In this document: in pieces, positions 60,131 to 64,000 of the stretch
Position numbering within the stretch: the stretch's first letter is position 1
How the letters are laid out: each line of letters starts with the position of its first letter
Program-made: the position numbers and the translations under genes
From: Candidatus Marinacidobacterales bacterium
Lineage (GTDB): Bacteria > Acidobacteriota > Vicinamibacteria > Marinacidobacterales > DATDRI01
Reading direction: 5' to 3'
Assembly (NCBI GenBank): GCA_965226495.1
Contig: OZ245365.1
Location: 5,440,001 to 5,504,000, forward strand
DNA: 64,000 nucleotides
Notes under the pieces: generated by a model
What the model was told of the DNA's origin: nothing
Database searches by the model: none
Seen by the model: only the letters and a program-made list of their open reading frames with translations

Positions 60131-61195
60131 ATGGGCTACCACGATGTGATGAAGCGGATGGCCGATGAGTACGGCCTGTTGTCGGTCCTCTTGGAGCTCA
60201 CCTACCGTTGCAACCTCGATTGCTTCTTCTGCTACAACGATCTCAACCTCGAGGGGGAGCGACTTTCCACCGAGGACTATCTCCGTCTACTCCAAGACCT
60301 ACGCGACTTACAGGTTATGGTTCTCGTTGTTTCAGGCGGAGAGCCTTTGGCGAGTCCGGCGTTTTGGCCTCTCGGGGTTAGGGCCCGAGAGTTGGGCTTC
60401 GTCACCCGCATCAAATCGAACGGGCACGCCTTGGGAAAAGAAATCGCGCACCGGTTGAAGACCGAGTTGGACCCCTATATCGTCGAAATCAGCCTACACG
60501 GCGCTTGCGCCGAGACCCATGACCGCCAGACTCGGGTCGAAGGAAGCTTCGACAAGCTGACCGCCAACCTAGAAGAGATGCGCCGGGCTGGTTTGCGGGT
60601 CAAGCTCAACAGCACGTTCACCCGCTGGAACGAGAACGAAATCGATAAGATGTTCGCCCTCGCAGACGAAATGGATATTCCGCTTTCTATCGATGCTGTG
60701 GTTACCCCCAGAGACGACGGCGATCGCGAGCCCCTCGCAATCGCCGCCTCGGCCGAAGGCGTGGCGCATCTCTATTCATTGCTCCGAGAGCGAAAAGGGC
60801 AGCCTCCCCAAGAGACGTTCTCGGTTAGCCAGAATGCTCGGAAGAACTGCGGTACCGGCTCCGCGACACTCGCGGTCGATCCCTTTGGAAACGTGTACCC
60901 GTGCATTCAGTGGCGCAGGCCGGTTGGAAACCTACACCGACAATCGGTCAAGGAGATCTGGGGCGGATCCAACAAAGCGCTCGATGAGATCCGGCAATTG
61001 AACACAGAAGCGGGGCGATTGGTGGACAGCTTGGGCCCCGCGGGTCAGGACATGGGATTCTGCCTCGGGCTGGCGGAAGAGCTGACCGGCGATCCTCTCG
61101 CTCTTTATCCCCAGGCCGAGCGAAACCTGCGCGTCCTGCAAGAATTACAGACGAAAACCGAGACGATACGCCTGCCTATTTACGGACAGGACTAA
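60131..61195 (+). CDS. radical SAM protein with a SPASM/Twitch-type C-terminus
   Basis: ELTYRCNLDCFFCYN, SGGEPL, SLHG, CGTG....AVDPFGNVYPC, GNL....KEIW. Confidence 0.93.
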   Translation: MGYHDVMKRMADEYGLLSVLLELTYRCNLDCFFCYNDLNLEGERLSTEDYLRLLQDLRDLQVMVLVVSGGEPLASPAFWPLGVRARELGFVTRIKSNGHALGKEIAHRLKTELDPYIVEISLHGACAETHDRQTRVEGSFDKLTANLEEMRRAGLRVKLNSTFTRWNENEIDKMFALADEMDIPLSIDAVVTPRDDGDREPLAIAASAEGVAHLYSLLRERKGQPPQETFSVSQNARKNCGTGSATLAVDPFGNVYPCIQWRRPVGNLHRQSVKEIWGGSNKALDEIRQLNTEAGRLVDSLGPAGQDMGFCLGLAEELTGDPLALYPQAERNLRVLQELQTKTETIRLPIYGQD

Positions 61196-62822
61196 TTCCT
61201 TTCGGGTCTCGATCGAGCCCGACAACAACTCCCACGATAACACTGAGAAGTGCCGCGTTCGCGGGCAGATGAAGACTGAAATCGGTGAAGCTATGAAGCG
61301 CGATTGCCAACGCCGCCGAGCAATATCCGGCGTGCAAATGGAGTGCGGCACGGTCACCGAGTAGCCTTTGTCGAGTGTGCCAAGCCGCCTTCCAAACGCT
61401 GACTACGAGCCACAAGAAAAGTAGCAGCCCGGGAACGCCGAGCTCTATAAGAAGCTGCAAATAGTCGTTGTGGGTGTGGGTGTAGGAGACAGCCCCTCCA
61501 AAGCTTCGGTAGATGGGGAAGATGTGACCGAAGGTGCCTAAACCCGATCCGGTAAGCCAGAAATCGCTCGTCGCCTGCACGCTGTCCGACCACACTCGCT
61601 GACGCCCCACCTCCGCGTTCCAAAGCTCGGCGACCGCGTCGAAACGCTGAGCCAAGATACCCATTCCAAACCAAATGACGATCCCGGCGACGACGAAAGA
61701 GAAAGCTCGAAGGCTTCGCGCCGCGTAGCGCGCCGGTTCGCCAGCACGAACTTCGATCGGCCCTGCTTCTGGCGATCGCGAGCCGGCCAATACGGTGAAG
61801 AACGCAAGGGCGGCTACCGCCGCGATGATCCCCGACCGGGAGAGCGAAAAGAGGAGCCCCAGGCCAATCACGATGAGCCCGAAGCCCACAACGACGGACT
61901 TGGCTCGCGACTCTTGCCGGACGACATTGGCTAGGCGCGAGAAGCCGCTTCTTCGTGCGTCACCGGCGTCGACACGAGCCATCCGAGCACCAATCCAGCC
62001 GACGCTCACGAGCAAGAGCATTTCCATGCTGGCAGCATAATGGTTGGGGTTGCCAAACGTCCCGCGAGCTCGGAGTCCCACATCCGACGGATCGGCGCCG
62101 AGCAGTTCCTGCAATCCAACAAGCCACTGAGCTACCCCGTAAAGACCAGCCGCGACACCCACTATCAGGAACATCGACGAGAGACGGTCAACGGAGCGGC
62201 GATTCGAAGCCAAGCAAACGCCAACGTAGAAAAGAGCGAGGTAGGCCACCCAAAGGCAAAGTCCGCGCTCGGTTAGAAAGCTAGACAATGTTATGGGTGC
62301 TTCGATCGAAACTTCGTCGTCGAGCATAAGGCCTTGAGCTGCCATCCGGATCTCGCTCGCTCGCGGGGATAGCCGAAGCATCCAACCTTCACTCAGTGGT
62401 AGTAAGGACGCTCCCATCCAAACGGTGAGCAGCAAAAGGGGCATTCCCAAGCTGGCTCGCTTGAATTCGTATCCGGCACAGAAGAAGGAATCGGGGCGCC
62501 TCTCAGGACGACCCGGAAGCAGAATCTCGACTCCCGCTGTACTTCCTCTGGCAGGAAAGAGGCCTAGACTCAACATACGGCTCACGGTAGCTAGGTGCGG
62601 ATACCGAACGGCGAAAGGCAGTTTCCGCGAGGCACGCCGTTCCTCCAAGTTGCGCGCCCTTTCTTCCGGCTTGGTAGACCACAGGACACGCAAGAGAACC
62701 CATGACAAGAGAGAACCCGCCCCGAGCTCAAGGAGGAGGGTAGCCCACGGCGCGTAGCCTCCCCAACCCAGGGTCACACAAACCAGCCATAGCACGATGA
62801 CGTAGGGAAGGTGACGGAGCAT
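61176..62822 (-). CDS. O-antigen ligase (WaaL/Wzy_C) family protein
   Basis: GTFGNPNHYA, SLSRSG, GSGLGTF, HTHNDYLQLLIELG, HSFTDFSLH. Confidence 0.9.
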   Translation of the reverse strand: MLRHLPYVIVLWLVCVTLGWGGYAPWATLLLELGAGSLLSWVLLRVLWSTKPEERARNLEERRASRKLPFAVRYPHLATVSRMLSLGLFPARGSTAGVEILLPGRPERRPDSFFCAGYEFKRASLGMPLLLLTVWMGASLLPLSEGWMLRLSPRASEIRMAAQGLMLDDEVSIEAPITLSSFLTERGLCLWVAYLALFYVGVCLASNRRSVDRLSSMFLIVGVAAGLYGVAQWLVGLQELLGADPSDVGLRARGTFGNPNHYAASMEMLLLVSVGWIGARMARVDAGDARRSGFSRLANVVRQESRAKSVVVGFGLIVIGLGLLFSLSRSGIIAAVAALAFFTVLAGSRSPEAGPIEVRAGEPARYAARSLRAFSFVVAGIVIWFGMGILAQRFDAVAELWNAEVGRQRVWSDSVQATSDFWLTGSGLGTFGHIFPIYRSFGGAVSYTHTHNDYLQLLIELGVPGLLLFLWLVVSVWKAAWHTRQRLLGDRAALHLHAGYCSAALAIALHSFTDFSLHLPANAALLSVIVGVVVGLDRDPKGISPVRK

Positions 62823-62838
62823 TTGCCTTGTTGCCTTG

Positions 62839-63999
62839 TTACGAACCTTCTGCAGATGGCTTGTTCAGAAGCAAGAGTTGTCTAAGCTCTCCATCGGCTT
62901 GGGAATGTTGCGGATGGAGCCGCAGGACTTCCCGGTAGGCCTCAATCGAGGCACGCCGTTTCCCGGCCTTGCGGTACACACGGGCCAAGCCAAGCCGTGA
63001 GTCGGGATCGTTGGGAGCAGCTTCGGTGGCCTTCAGCAAGAGGCTCTCTGCCATAACCACCTGGTCCGCCCTCAGATACTGGTAGCCCATGCCTCTCAAA
63101 AGCTCCACGCTAGCCGAAGACGATGCGCCGGCATGACGCTCTACCTTCTTTAACGCTTCGCTAAAGGCCTCATACGCTCTCTCCGGCTGACCTAGCTCGA
63201 GATGAGCCCTCGCTACCACCAAGGCGGCGCGAGCAAAATCTCTCCCCGCGCGCCCCGAGCGATCCTCCTGCTCGAGCCACTCCTGCCCCGTTCGAAGCGC
63301 GATTGCGGGCGCGTTCCATTCGAAGGCCCATCGTGCCGCGTCGAAGAAAAATTCTCTCTCCGAGGCCGATTCGAGAACCCCGGCGAGAACGTCCAGGGCT
63401 TCGGTTCTGTGCGACGACCTGGCGAGGGCTAGGGCGAGCTCTTTTCTTGCCGGAACGGTCTCGGGTGTCAGGTCGCGCCACTTGTCCGCCGGCACGCCGC
63501 TCCAAGCGACGAGCTTCAACGAGGCGGGGACGAGGTCGGGCTCTAGCTTCATCGCCAACGCCAGATGACCCAGCCCGCGACGGCGAGCATCACCGAACTC
63601 GTCCGACCTTCGCGACGCCACCTTTTCTATTCGAAGCGGCTCGACCCTAGGTGTAAGCAACCATTGCGCGTACGCGAAACGAAGACGTCCATTAGAAGGA
63701 GAAAGCTCGATGGTCGCTTCGAAGGCCCGCTCGGTGAGCTCGCGTTCTTCCAGTCGATTTGCCAAAAAAGCAGCAAGTAGAAATGGCGACTGATAGGAGG
63801 CGGGAGCCTCTTTCAACGATTGGCGAAGATAGGGCAGAATGCTACCAGAGAAGTTCTTGGACTCGATGGCGTGACGAGTGAGGCCCAATGTTGCTTCGGG
63901 ATGTCGCAGCCGTGGGCTCGACTCGAGCTCGATCTCACTGGGAAAGCGCGCCCAGCTCTCTTGCTCATAGAAGAAGAACGAGGCCCCTGCATAAGCGCC
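62839..63999 (-). CDS. tetratricopeptide repeat protein (5' end outside window)
   Basis: Frame stays open to the window end; TPR-like helices (AP.D...RLGLARVY...G....A...Y..VL.L.P). Confidence 0.75.
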   Translation of the reverse strand, partial: GAYAGASFFFYEQESWARFPSEIELESSPRLRHPEATLGLTRHAIESKNFSGSILPYLRQSLKEAPASYQSPFLLAAFLANRLEERELTERAFEATIELSPSNGRLRFAYAQWLLTPRVEPLRIEKVASRRSDEFGDARRRGLGHLALAMKLEPDLVPASLKLVAWSGVPADKWRDLTPETVPARKELALALARSSHRTEALDVLAGVLESASEREFFFDAARWAFEWNAPAIALRTGQEWLEQEDRSGRAGRDFARAALVVARAHLELGQPERAYEAFSEALKKVERHAGASSSASVELLRGMGYQYLRADQVVMAESLLLKATEAAPNDPDSRLGLARVYRKAGKRRASIEAYREVLRLHPQHSQADGELRQLLLLNKPSAEGS

Positions 64000-64000
64000 T

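Noticed and set aside
58315-61195. Lasso peptide cluster (YxxP leader, RRE, HPr kinase, nucleotidyltransferase)
   Set aside because: No asparagine-synthetase-like cyclase or transglutaminase-like B2 protease in the window, and the precursor lacks a clear Thr(-2)/Gly1 plus ring Asp/Glu pattern.
59848-61195. PQQ biosynthesis (pqqD/pqqE)
   Set aside because: No pqqB or pqqC, and the peptide has no ExxxY motif.
1-64000. CRISPR arrays, rRNA/tRNA genes, intact transposases, prophage
   Set aside because: No regularly spaced repeats, cloverleaf or rRNA signatures, or complete transposase/integrase ORFs were seen by eye; short RNAs could have been missed.

Overview
Bacterial chromosomal window, about 60% GC by eye. 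Gene content suggests Acidobacteriota (Vicinamibacteria-like), which is inference only. Positions 1-45.6 kb hold mostly housekeeping and metabolic genes: acnA (partial), two Fpg/Nei glycosylases, MUG, Tag, cstA, hisS, TrmJ, an atypical Rho, leuA-leuC-leuD, an amino/imino-acid oxidase module, NhaC-family transporters, P450 and hydrolases. Positions 45.7-64 kb form a surface/exopolysaccharide locus (nucleotidyltransferase, Wzc, O-antigen ligase, TPR protein). It surrounds a co-oriented cassette: giant DUF11-repeat/C25-peptidase protein, an unannotated 59-aa precursor peptide (KKPYEKP leader, two-Cys core, C-terminal Ser-Ser), S26-like peptidase, HPr-kinase-like protein, PqqD/RRE and radical SAM enzyme. 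This non-lasso RiPP-like cassette inside a glycan locus is the main candidate novel system. The ORF track also missed or split a CxxU AhpD-like selenoprotein with a SECIS-like hairpin, a 44-aa metallothionein-like protein, and a duplicated sigma54 promoter/enhancer block carrying a dead gene stub. No rRNA, tRNA or CRISPR array was seen. All family assignments come from motif recognition, not database searches.
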